DNA of 63,809 bases, counting the filler, from Klebsormidium nitens (taxonomy: Eukaryota > Plantae > Klebsormidiophyceae): the NCBI GenBank assembly GCA_000708835.1. It is 6 parts of 6 records of this genome, joined end to end, with 100 filler letters (N's around TTAATTAATTAA, not from the genome) between each part and the next. Parts side by side here need not be neighbours in the genome. Positions count along the whole stretch, not along the records: positions 1 to 21,457 come from DF237911.1; 5 more parts are not named here. One strand, written 5' to 3'. The notes under the pieces were generated by a model. That model made no database searches, was not told the origin of the DNA, and saw nothing but the letters and a program-made list of their open reading frames with translations. Shown piece by piece: positions 1 to 12,101 of this stretch. Within the stretch, counting starts at the first letter, position 1. The number at the start of each line of letters is the position of its first letter. The position numbers and the translations under genes are program-made.

Positions 1-231
1 ATATCTGCTTGACTGCATCGAACGGCAGAGCCGAACGAAGATCCACCGGAATGGTAGCAACGGCAAAGAAAGCCGTTCCATCCGGGAAAGCATCACAGAT
101 AGACAAGACCAGGTCGAGTCATCTGGATAGAACGCCGTACATCAACGGTCTCACAGCGCGCCGTTAAGACGTAACCGCTGTCGTTTTGCTAACAAGCAGC
201 TAACGAAATCCTGACGAGAACGAGGTTAGGC

Positions 232-2140
232 TTAACCAGACGTAATCGTCACAGGTGGGTACTGGGTGTTATACTGAGTTTCCTCTTCTCCCCTCTGAGC
301 AAACCCCGGGGGGGCCCCCCTAAAGCCTTCCACTTGCTGAGGTGAATTCCGGTCCTGCCTGGCTCTCCCATCCAGATCCCTTTCTTCTTGCCTTGCTGCC
401 CCCTGAAACAGGCCGGACCTTTCTCGCTGCAGCTCTTTATCACGGCCCAGTTCAGGAATCTCGAATGCGCCCCACTCTTCTTCCCTGTAGCGACCGAAGG
501 GATCCCTCTGGTGCGCATTCACACCTAGCCCCCCTTCCCAAGGAGACCGGAACCTTCCAGGAGTCTTGCGCCTCTGGGAGAATTCGTACGCTCCCTCTTC
601 TGGCGTCTCGAACCTTTCTGACCGGTCGCGCGGGTCTGGAGACATTCTGGAGGGCTTCAGAAAAGGATCAGCTTCCATTCCGTTCTCCTTGAGCAGCGCA
701 ATCAGCGGGTCTCCCTCATTCCGACTTCTAACCCCCACTGACAGCTCTTTTGGCTGGACCTTACTGTACGTTTCCTCCGACTCCAGGTCCTTGAGCTCGA
801 GTCCACCTTCGTTTTCTGAAAGCCCCGTCACTTTTACGAACACCCGGTGCACATCTTCTGCAGGCCTATACTTGAATCGGCAGCCGACTAACTTCTCCTT
901 TCCCACTAACTTGCCCAAGTTTTCTATCAGCCGCTTCTCCCTCCTTTCCGCTTCGAAGCCCTGCATCATTCTAGTTGGGACGGGGACTGCGGTGGCGTCT
1001 CGAAGAGCGTAGGACTCGGTTCTCTGTTCCTCGGGGTCTCAGAAGGGCCCTCCCACCTGACTGCTTTGAAGGCGACAGCTTCTACCGTTCTTGCCAGGTC
1101 GATTGACGATGCGGCGAGGCTTTTGAGCTGCAGTTCTGAGAATCTCCCTTGCGCGGCAAGCAGCGGCCAGTTCGTAGGAGAGCAGGGGTTTGCTATCTGG
1201 AGAGCCCAGATCAGGCTCCTCTCTTGTGGTGTTAACCACCACGTGTCAGACGGGCTCCCCCGCTTTGCTGCGAATCCACAGACAGGCAGAAGTTCTTCTC
1301 CGGCTGCTGCTGCTCTCCTTTGCCTGGTGAGAATGTTCAGCTTCCTGAGTTCTTCGTCTCTCTCCTCTGCCCTGACGCATCTTTCTTCGACCAGCTTAAT
1401 CTTGTACCTCTCCTGCGTCGCTTGCAACCTCCATTTCAGTTTGTCCGTGAGCAGCTCCTTGTCGCTAGCGGTCAGCAGGCCAAGCTGGTCGAGGAATCTC
1501 TTCAGAGCTTCCAGAAATGTGACAGGTAGTCTGGGAACTCGACCCCGGTGCATGCATCAAAGATACCGACTGCTTCGACCAATGCGGGTCCTAGGGCTTC
1601 GAGAAACCGCTTGCCGAGTTTCCTTCTAGCCACATTGAGGAAAAGCTGCTTCCCGAGAGTATCTCCCACCTCTTCTCCTGCTTCCAGCCTGAGGGCCAAA
1701 AAGTTTCTCCCCGCAAAAGCTTGCACCACCACATTGAATGGCGTTTTATTCAGCGCCTCGGTGGGAGCCCGGTGCCCCTCGCCCGCTACGCCCCACTCCT
1801 GTGAGTTCATGCACCTTATTCACGCAATGCTGCCCAAAAAATGCATCGCGCAAATTCCATGGCTTCTGCGCCTGAAAAAGCTCCTACGACACTTCTTCAG
1901 CTTCTTCCTTCCAACTTGAAATGCTGATAAACGCATTCTCTCTTCGTTCTCTTGAGCTCAAAGTCAAGACTCTGTTCCGTCGAGCTGTACCTTCGATGAT
2001 CACGTGTCCAATTTCAATGGCTGCAAAAGTATTCTCCAAACTCAGCTCTCGAGTAGAGTGCAGGTGTCTCTGGCCGGAGAGGTGTACCGTTTCTTCAACT
2101 CCAGCCTCCCGGGCGCCTCACAACTCTACCGTCCACTGAT
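232..2140 (-). pseudogene. Frameshifted chain of overlapping ORFs of unknown family (probable decayed TE or gene ORF)
   Basis: Three long same-strand ORFs (1502-1810, 966-1553, 232-969) overlap in different frames, as expected for one ~600-codon ORF broken by frameshifts. Further coding-like sequence runs up to ~2140. I recognise no domain. Confidence 0.35.
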
Positions 2141-3757
2141 TGACCCTCGAGGTAGAATCAGCACCGGGTAACAGACGTTTCCCTGAGGAGTCGGGACGCC
2201 AGGGCCCAGGGCTTGTGGTCCCCGGGTACGAGACAAGCGCTCGGGGCGCCTCCAAGCACCCGGAATTCCGAGAGCTAGCAAATATTGAACGAGCTGTTTG
2301 CAAATTGCAGGGGAACACCGCCCCCGCCTGCATTGGCAAATTGCAGGAGGATTGCAGGGCAGCTAGAAACCTTCAATGGCACGGAAACAGGATGGCGCAC
2401 CGTTCTTGTGGGTTCCTCGGAGTTCACACTGCTATGGTTGAATCAGCTGAAATGATGATGCCAGCTGGACGACACCAGAGGTAGAGTCTGTACATGTCAA
2501 AACTTTCCTACCCGTCGCTTGAAGTCTCTGCCACTCCGCTCAAGAGGCCCATTCAGAGGCACAAAAAGGGCAATCGGTCAGAATGCATACAAAGAACAAG
2601 CATGGTGCAATAATGATGCATCAGAGATGGAGCTGAGAGAAGGGCGAGAAGAGCAAGAAGCCACGCAGGAGCTCTTTTTCCCAGCTCTAGTTGCATTTGC
2701 GGTGGCATATGCAGTTGGAGTCCTAAATGAGACGACAGAGTAGTGTCACAGCAATTTGATCTTCCCTCAAGGTTAGTTCCTTTTGCATGAAGGCTGGCCT
2801 GACCTCATTCAAATTAGGAGCATTCAAGGGAAAAGCGTGCCCGCTGCACAATGAGCCGCTCTCCTTGTTTAATTTCCATTAGTGGGTCCATGATTTTCCC
2901 ATCTTAGCCCTTGGAGCCAGACTGCATTGGCGCTGCTTGGTAGACAACGCATCCATTTCTTGGTTCAAGGGGCAAGCTTGCACTTCCATTTGCCTCGCGC
3001 TTATCCCCTTTCGATGGACTGGTATGTGCTTGGGTCACGCAGATTGTTCTTCGCACTTTGGTTGCCCCCTTTCCAAGAATGTTGCATCAAATCCGGAAGC
3101 AGACAAGTTGGTGGTGATCGTGATTCTGGGGTCAGGGAAAGCGTGTGAGCAAAAGAGCAAATCTGGTTGAACGGATCCTCCTCAGCAAAAATCTGCCCAA
3201 CTTAGACTGGTACTTTCTCCCCCATGGTCAGTATTAACCCGCCCTAATCCGATGTGGGCATCTCCTGGGCTTTGGTCGAGTAGAGCCAATCGGCTGAGTG
3301 CTTTTAGGAATCCCCCTCAACCCTGCCCCCCTGACTCCTGAACTGGGCTCTGAGGCTTTTGCAATCCCCAAACGGCCTAGTTTTCCTAACCCTCCCCATA
3401 CCCATGGTCAAGTTGCCACCTTAACCTCTAAAACATTCGATTATTGCAATTATTATCCTGATTTTGTCTCTTTTGAAGGACATGCTTTGCAGTTCCCAGG
3501 ACCGAGTGCCCATCTCACTTGATTGCTTGAGCCACGCCTGCCCCCCCGTTGCACTTAAACCGCACCTGCTAACCTAGGATAGGACTTCTGTGGATTTGAA
3601 ACAAGCCAGAGATACAGACTTGTTGCTCTGGGTTTCCGAAAGACCAGACCAGATGTGGTCTTGACAAACCTCTCTAGCCAAGCTAGACAACCCAACCTCT
3701 GATCATTCTGACGTTTTAACCCTGCAGTTAATTCTGGTCCTTAACCAGAAACTCAAA

Positions 3758-6700
3758 ATGGGCATCCCTGGGTTGTGGAACGAGCTGCGGCCATATGGCC
3801 ATCGGACCGACGTCACAGCTGACCTCAGCGAGCGCGTGAAAACCCTCACGGACCTCCAAGGGAAAATCCTGGCAATCGATCTTTCTTTCTGGATATGTGA
3901 AAACGTGGGCACTTATAACCACCCAGTTATGGGGCGGTTAAGCGACGCCGTGGCGAAACCACACCTGCGCAACGTGTTTTATCGCACCGTTAAGCTGATT
4001 TCCAGGGTGAGCATTACTAGGCCCGAATCCTTTCGAACCACCTTGAGTAATATTTGTTAAATGCATCTGGCTTTGCTTTGAATGAGAGGCCCAGCCTATG
4101 GTCACAGAGGCTGGCTTTGCTTTTAATGAGAGGCCCAGCCTATGTTCACAGAGGCGGGCGCTTATGTGTCGGAAAGTCATCGGGCTCAAGTTCATGGAAA
4201 AGAGTTGCATTTTCGGAGGTTTGAGACGGTGGCTTGTTGTCTTGTTGTCAAAGAACGAGCTTCAAAACCAGAAGGTCATAGAGTCTGTAAGATCCTCCTG
4301 ACCCGGCTTCCATCTTGGGCATATGCTCTCGAGGCCGTGATAAATGTTTGTCGCACGTTCCACTTCACATCTGCAACTCAGTCTCACATACAATATTCTC
4401 TCAGTGATTCAGTCTGCAAGATCAATGTTGGAACTCACCCGAAGAGCGCACTTTTTTGGCTCAGTAAGCCGCTTTCCCAGTCTTTCAGGCAAAGGCACCT
4501 TTTCTCAGCCCGCCATTTCTCGTTTTCGTCAACTCCTTCTTGTAGAAAACCTCTTGTCTTCACAAAAGAAACGAAAGAACCAACAAGAAAAGGGAAATTT
4601 TCTTTTGCAGGTGGGCGCCCTGCCCGTGTTTGTGGTCGACGGGGACGCTCCCTCGCTCAAGATGCAGACCCGCCTGAAGCGATACCACGCACAGCACCAA
4701 ATGCAAGCCCCGGATCGCGTCGTACGTGCGCAAGGGGGCGCCGTCCGGCGGAACTATGAGTGGGAGTATAAAGTGCAGGAAACGGTGGTAAGCAAGCAAA
4801 GCTTCCATTATTCCCTCAAATCCTTTATCTCTTTCTCAAGCGATTCTTTTCTTCGTGTTCCATTGCCTTCTCGCTTTCCCCCGTCTGAAATTTGCAACTG
4901 GGCGCCTCAGACTCGGCAGCTGGCGTGAATGACTCAAAGGCCCTTAGGCCGGAGAAGGATCGTTCTCGAGAGTAGGTATTGTAAGCTCAGGGGCAGGGTT
5001 AGTATGGTGGTTAGGGTGGGTACGGGTGCGGAGCGGGTGATTATTCGGGTTTAGGTTCTTGGTCTTAGCTTCGTTCTTCTATAACTTGAGCTTACTATAA
5101 CCACCATACCGATTGTCCGGTTGGGCAACAACTCAATATTCTGTGACTTGCCCAGATTTGAGTGTATAACAAATTCCAATTTCAAATTTGCAAATGATTT
5201 TGCCCCATTAAAATACAGAATAAATAATAGTAAATGAAGCTGCCCAAATACCGTAGCACACGAGATTAATCATTGGGCAAAACTCTGCCCAACCGGACAA
5301 TCGGTACGGTAGTCTAGAGAAGTATCGGAGAAGGTCCTGCGGGGTAGAAGAGAGTAGGTTTCTTCTCAAACTGCGCCCAGTTGAACGCTGCTGGACACGT
5401 GGAGAAAGGGGAAAAAAAGGAATGGTAACAATTCTCGAGAGACGTCTAGCGATCCATATCTTGCAGAACGTCCTCCAGCTTTTCGGCCTTCCAGTCGTGT
5501 GCGCCCAAGGCGGGACTAGCTGAGTCGCACAATAACCGCTGCTGTCGACGAACAGATTCCCGGGAAAGGGACCATCTATGAAAAATATCTACTTTTCTCT
5601 CTCTGCAGGACCTCCTCCGGCTTATGGGTCTCCCGGTCATATACGCCCGCGCCGAGGCCGAGGCGCTCTGCGCGCAGCTGAACGCCGCTGGACACGTGGA
5701 CGCGTGCGTCTCTCCGGACAGCGACGCGTTTCTGTACGGCGCAAGAACGCTGATTAAAGAACTAGCGGCGGACCTAAAAAAGCCGATCGTTGACCGCTAC
5801 GAAGCGGTGGAGATCGCAGAGAGACTGGGGCTGAGACGGGCGCATCTGGTGGCTTTGGCGATGCTCTTGGGGTGCGACTTTGATGAGAAAGGGGTCGAGG
5901 GATGCGGGCCGAAGCAGGGGATCAAGCTCGTGAGCGGGTTCAAGGAGGACGAGATTCTTGATAGGTAAGGGGGCCGGTTGATCGTGATTGACCGTATTCG
6001 AAGCTGCACATTCGCCGAGTTACAGGGGCACGAATCCAGGTGTTGTAGAATTGCATGAGTGCAAGGAACAGAGGGGTTCGCGGGTATCAGGTCTAAGCGC
6101 TCGACAAATTGCAAACAATCCTCTTCGCTCGTATGTTTTCGGAACCTGGATTTGCAAACAGGACTGGGCTCTGACGACAGGGCATCGGCAGTTGGAATGG
6201 ATTGCCAGGTCAATACAGATTATGCCTTGATCAGATTCCTGCGTCTTTTTCAATATGCTTTAGTCAGAACAACGTCAAAAGCCACCTCCACTCATAGAAG
6301 TGTGAGCTCGAAGAGGCGACAGTAGGTCGAGGATTGAATGCGACTTTGTCGGAATTCGCAACTTCAAGCCGCTTCCGCTCTTTGGAACGACAAGAAGAAC
6401 GTTTGCGAGCACCACGGAAAGCCGATAAATACGTTTCATTGCTCCCAGGCTGCGCGCTTGGGGTCGAGGAGAGGCGCCAACCGACGCCGAGATGTTCGGC
6501 GAGGACGAACCCGTCGGCCAATCCCAAAGCGCCACGTCATCCAGGCCTATCCATTGTGGCACGTGCGGGCACCCGGGGAAGGTCGTGGAGCACCGGAAGG
6601 GGGGGTGTGACGGCTGCGGAACTGAGGGGGGGGAGTGTACAAAAAAGGGACGGGGTTTTCAGTGCCAGTGTGAATGGTGCGTGCAGGTAGGAGCCTCTGT

Positions 6701-9700
6701 ACAATCAAATAAGAGAGTTTCGATGCCTGTCAGACCGATCTCAAACGTCAGAAGAATTACAGAGCGACAACATCCAACGTCAAACGTTTTGACACCTAAC
6801 CAGTTTTAGGTGCATTTCGGCTCATAATTCTGGAGTGTCGTCACTTCTTCGCGGGATTCGGAGGTCCGGTTTGCAGGAGTTACCGGGCACACGAGGTGCT
6901 AGTCTCCTGGTCCTTGCCCTCGAAAGCACGGTCTGAAATTGGTTTCAAACTTTGACCGTGCGCCTGAAATTGTGAACTCGAAGCTTGAACCTTAGGCCAG
7001 ACGCGAATCGCTGACACTCAAAAGCTGGAACTAGTTGTGACGTCAGATCCTGACCGCGCGTCTGAGAACTCGGGTCCAGATCTCTTGATGCAGATTGAGC
7101 TATTATGGGTGCGGATATGCAAAGGCAAGCTCTTCCTTTCTTATCTTTCAAGAGAGCAATAGTACGATAATGGAATCCAAGTCTGACGTATATCTTGTCG
7201 ACGGTGCAGGCCCGTGTGGGCAAGGCGCGGCAGAAGCAGGAGTCCTGGTGGGGCAAGATCTGCGACAAGATCGCGCGCCAGTCCGACTTCCCAAACGAGG
7301 ACATCATCGAAATCTTCATGCGGGACGATCCACGTAGCCTGAGCCACCTGAAAGGCACGTGCCTCTTTCGAATTTTCATGACTTTTGGGCAAAAAGCAGG
7401 AGCCTTGTAAACCGATTCTTTCTTTCTTTTTAAGTCGCCGCAGTTGAGCCGGCACTGCCAACGCCGCTCGGCGTTGCATGGCAAAAGCTGGTGGGATTCT
7501 CGATGTTCGTCTATGCTGGCTCGCTGGCCGAAAGTGGGACCACCATTTTCCCACTCTGGTGCCTTGCTCGTTGCTTCTGAGGACAAAGATGTGGGTCTCT
7601 GCTGTTGCGCAAAGTCTTTTCTCAGGTTTTGGTAAGGGCCTCATAAACAAAGGCTGCCATAACAGTCGCGAATAGATGATTATAACTTTGCGGCCATAAG
7701 CGCTTCCCATAAGCGTACCGCCACTTACCCCAGTTTGTCCATTGTACCCTGTGTCCCGGAACACCAAAAGAGAGCGCATGCAACTGAAACCGCGTCTTGT
7801 CTGTTTCAGGGGGGCAGCGTCCCCTGGACCAGCTGCTGGTGTGGGACCCCCCCGACCTGGACGGATTGGCCAAATTTATGACGGCCAAGTGCGAGGAGTC
7901 GGAGGAGCATTGGCAGCTCAAGGCGCTGCCGCTGGCGACCGCTCACTATCTATCGCAGGTGGGCGGGGTCGCCGCTTTGCGTTTTTGCACGATTTTGTAG
8001 AATATTGCACATTTTGTAACAATTTGCACGAGCTTGTACAATTCTGCCGCTGGCGACCGCTCACTATCTCTCGCAGGTGGGTGGTCGCCGCTTGGCCATT
8101 CTGCACGATTTTGTATGGTTTTGCACGTCTTTGCGGAATTTTGCACGATTTCGAAGAATATTGTACGATTTTGTGGAGTTTTGCACGCTTTTGTGGAATT
8201 TGCACGATTTTGTGGAATTTTGCACGATGATTTAGGTAATGCTGCATGAGGTTATCCTAGTTCTTGACCGTGGAACTGCGGAAGCTAGCAGCGGAAATCC
8301 TGCTGGCATCAAGATCTCGTTCGTTTTATCCTTCAACTCAAACCTGATTGCGTTGCTTGCCATCGCGGCGTCGATCGAAACTCGTCGGTTTCCGATCCTC
8401 AACTCGCAAATCCGGTTTCTGAATCCTGATGCTGAAGACCTGTGGTAGCGCAACGTCATACTGGAATCAACGCCCCAATATCGGTAAAGCTAACTTCACT
8501 TTGTTGCAAATCAAGAAACGGTCTCGCAAAGTTCGGGATTGTGAATTGACGCCGCGATGAGAAGTTTGACGAAAACAGCTGTAACACTCGTATGGGGTTC
8601 TTACAGTTCACTTTGTTCATCTCAGATTATGGCGGCTCGCCTCCATCGGGAAATGGTTTCCGACCTCGGGTGCCTGCACCGAGTGGGAGCATTGGTCGCA
8701 CCTCCAGGCTTACAACAGCTTTCACCAGACGACCTGCTTCTTGACTCCAGCTTCAAACCCAGCAAGGTGGAGCGGATCAAGGTGGATGCCTCGGAGGCCC
8801 TGTATCGGATACAGTGGCGGCGCGTCGCAGGCGATTCGGCAGGTGGGTACCCGATACAAGGCCTTATCAATCTCCAGATGCGGGTTTGAGCAAGAGTGAA
8901 TGAAGATAAGTGAATGAACACAAAGTGCATGAACACGAGAAGAAGAAAACGTCGGAGAACACGAGTCGATGAACACGAGTGGACGAACAGTGGTTTCCTG
9001 GCCCAGTGTGGAAGGTGCAAGGTACGCTACTCCGGTTTGGGATAAGTCGGACCCCTGCTGAATCTACACGGAAGACAAGTGTAGGCTATAGCTTTCTAAG
9101 TCCTCTTGACCGTCGTGCAGCAATGCAGGTTTCTTCTGGAGGATTGTGACAGTGCTGAAATGACTGGAAAGAATGTGAACATCTGGTTTCTAAAGCTCCT
9201 GCGAACAACGGACCGATACCTACACCTAACGATGCAGGGAGGAGTGATGTAGGAACAAACCAGGCGGGGGGAGGCCTTGTTTCTGACGAAGCCGACGGGG
9301 AGGAGGAGGCAGAAGAGCGCGACGAGGACGGGGAACAAGGCCCGGAAGCGGACGACGAGGGGCCGAAGAAGGTGGTCCTAAAGTGGAGGAAGGCCAGCGG
9401 GTTCTCGACCGACGAACGGAAGTTGATGGTGCAACTGGCGTTTCCGACCGTGGCGGGACCGTTTGAAGAGGCGTTGGTAAGCGAATGGATCTGGTGAACG
9501 AATCTTGGTTGGAACTCGTTCTTGAACAGAAACTTGGGACGCGAAAAGGGTCTTGTCGTTTCCAGACGTGGCGGAACCGTTTGAAGAGGCGTTGGTAAGT
9601 GTATTGGAATTGGTGGCCAGGTTTTCTTTGTTAACAGGACGGGAGGGGATCGCTTTCGAGTGGAATCCCGTCTTGTGCATGCGGTTGAGAGAGCAGGGAA

Positions 9701-12101
9701 TCAAGTTGAGAAGGAGGAAGTTAGGTCTGCGGACTCTTGTGGGGCATATCTGCGGAGTTTGTTTTTTCGATCGAGAACACGTCGTTGTAGAAAAAAGAGG
9801 GGCGTGTGTCTGGACTGCAGAAACCAATGCAGAGTCCGTTTCTGAATGTGGCCAGAGCAAGATTTATCCGTTCGCTCCTTCCGCAAAGCCTCCAGCCTTT
9901 CTCAAGAATCCAGTCAAAGACACCTCAACCTGTGCGGGTAAAGTATCACTTCTCGTCGCTCAGCGATTGACGATGGCTTACATTCCTTGACAAATAAAAA
10001 TATCTGTTCGTTTGCATCCAGCCTAAGTCTCGCTGTGAGCAACATTGCCGGCCACGCTGCAATGAAGGTCTCCCTCATCAACTGGATTTCAGAATGTCGA
10101 TTGCTGACGCCAGCAAGACGTCAGCGGGCTGACGACGTTTTGTTCATGCAGGCTGAGAAGGTGCGAGCCAAGGCGCAGAAGGAAGCGGAAAAGGAGGCGC
10201 GCAAGAAGGAGCGCGAAGAGAAGGCGGCTCTGAAGCAGACCAACATCAAGTCGTTCTTCGTCACCAAGAAAGGGGGAGCGAGGTTTACTCTGCCAACGGG
10301 GGGTGCGTTTCCCGCTGCGGACAAGGGGGGGCCGGAAGGGGGTGCAAATGGGGGGGCGCAAAAGCTGGCTGCAGACCAGGGGGGAAGCGAGACGACAGCC
10401 GAAGTCACAGGGGATCCCTTCCGTTCCTCTGGTGATTCGATTCGCACTGGTCTTTGGCCTGGAAGCAGCGACGGAGAGCCGTTCCGGACGTCCGGAAAAC
10501 GGAGCGATATGTCTCTTCGCGGAGGGGACGGATCGTTTGCAGAGGACGACGCTGGGCCGTCCGATCGGATCGATCAACGGACGCAGTTTGACCGGTTCAA
10601 AGATGCGGGAAGGGGCTCCGAGGAATTGGATCAGCTGCGAACAGAAAGGGGGCCATTCGCGCAGAAGAAAAGACAGGGGCTTTCGCAACTAGTGGAAGAG
10701 GATGCGGACGCTGCTCCGGACGCTCCAAAACTAGACGCGGACGCTTCTTGGGTTGCTCCACAACTAGGTGCGGACGCTTCTTCGGACGGTCTCCCGGGCA
10801 CGTTCGGGCGGCGCGCCTCACTCCTCGAACAACTGCCGGAGAGCCCGTTCATGAAGCACCCCGAGCGGCGCGCGGGCTTCGAGAAGCTGGCGGAACTGCA
10901 GCGGCGGCTCGCGACGCTCGACCCGGGGCACGGGGGAGTGACGTCAGCAATAGGTGGGGTCGCGTCAGCAGGGGGTGCGGGTGATCTGGCGGCTCCGTAT
11001 GTGCACGGCGTGGACAGGAGAGAATTGAGGAGAGAAAAGGGAAAGGAAAAGTTGGAAGAGCAATTTGAGGGGAGGCGGTTGGTGGAGTTCTCCGAGAACG
11101 AGAGCGAAGGGGAAGGTGTTGCTGATGAGGTGCGGAGGAGAGACACGGCGATGAAAGGAGCTCGGAAGACAACTAGAGGTGGGACAGAGTCCTCGGTTGG
11201 TTTGTTGGGCACATGGGCGATGCCGGTGGAGATCGACGACTCGCCCCCGCGACGCACTCGTAAGGCGACACGTGTCGGCGACTCGGACCGACCGACCACG
11301 CCTGTCCGGAGGAGCCCGTCGGAGGGATCCCCCGGGCAGGGCTCGCCCGTGACTCCGTCGAAACGGCGCGCTGAGGACTGTCTGGTAGAACATACCCCGC
11401 CGAAGAGGCTTGCGGATCAGTTCGACAGAGTGAAGGGTGGTGAGGAGGCGGTTGAAAAGTCGTCAGCGAAAAGGCTGGTATTTTCGAGCGGGTTGAGTGG
11501 GGATTTCTCGGCCCGGGGGGTTGTTGCAGGTGCGAAGCAGAGTCAGGGGGATGAGGTGAAGGGGTTCGCGGGAGGTGGTGGGAATGAGAAGCGGCGGGAA
11601 AGAAGTGATAAGCAGGATATGCGGGGTAAGAACCGGACAAAGGGGTCCGATATAGAGGATTCGTACCAGGCAAAGCTGGCTGGGTTCGTTCGAAGAAGTG
11701 AAGGGACGTCGCAGCGGGACGAAGGGCGAGCCTCGGGTGACGCGACTGCAGCAACGCTGCCGGTTCAATCAGAAGGGATAGACACTGATGCGGGAATTCA
11801 TTCTCGGAACGGGGGTGGGGCAAACGAGAAAGTAGACGTGAAGCGGCCATTGAACCGACCGGCTGAGTCGAAGGGGAAACTGTCCGTCGAGGTAATAGAC
11901 TTAGCATCGTACGACGAGGAAGAAGAGGTTGGCCAAAAGACTGGGGACTCGGGCCGGGGGAATGGGAGTATAAGTGACGTTGGCCCGGGGCGGTTGGACA
12001 GGAGCGTTGAAAACCGCAAGCAGGAAGGTAGACAGAGCGGAATTCCGGCACGGAAAGAGCGGCGGGAAGTGCTGGAGATACGGAAACGGAGGCCTCGTTG
12101 A
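3758..12101 (+). CDS. GEN1: Holliday junction resolvase GEN1 (XPG/Rad2 family, plant type)
   Basis: Exons are 3758-4006, 4611-4787, 5609-5964, 6449-6686, 7210-7333 (or to 7354 with a GC donor), 7810-7958, 8626-8842, 9238-9476 and 10152-12101, all phase-compatible. Motifs: XPG-N (MGIPGLW...LAIDLSFW, PVFVVDG), XPG-I (EAEALCAQLN...DSDAFLYGA), H3TH (LLGCDF...GVEGCG), and the plant-GEN1 Cys cluster HCGTCGHPG...CQCEWC followed by WWGKICDKI...FPNEDII. The C-terminus is long and disordered. Confidence 0.92.
5104..5309. mobile_element. MITE (Tc1/mariner-pogo-like) in GEN1 intron 2
   Basis: 24-bp TIRs (CCATACCGATTGTCCGGTTGGGCA at 5104-5127 / TGCCCAACCGGACAATCGGTACGG at 5286-5309, 1 mismatch). The right flank is TA and the left flank CA (probably mutated TA). 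The interior is AT-rich with repeated TGCCC motifs. Confidence 0.75.
7978..8232. repeat. ~10-bp-unit degenerate minisatellite in GEN1 intron 6
   Basis: About 20 variants of ATTTTGCACG/ATTTTGTGGA/ATTTTGTACG, interrupted by a copy of the exon 6 end. Confidence 0.8.

Noticed and set aside
3163-3186. EEDPFNQ peptide on the minus strand, identical to a stretch of Trx-like exon 3
   Set aside because: A 7-residue match between six-frame translations of 64 kb is expected by chance, and there is no flanking similarity.
10089-11768. Long antisense ORFs overlapping GEN1 exon 9 (and similarly 16270-18081 and 19145-20568 over the Trx-like gene)
   Set aside because: Shadow ORFs of GC-rich, low-complexity coding exons with no independent domain signal.
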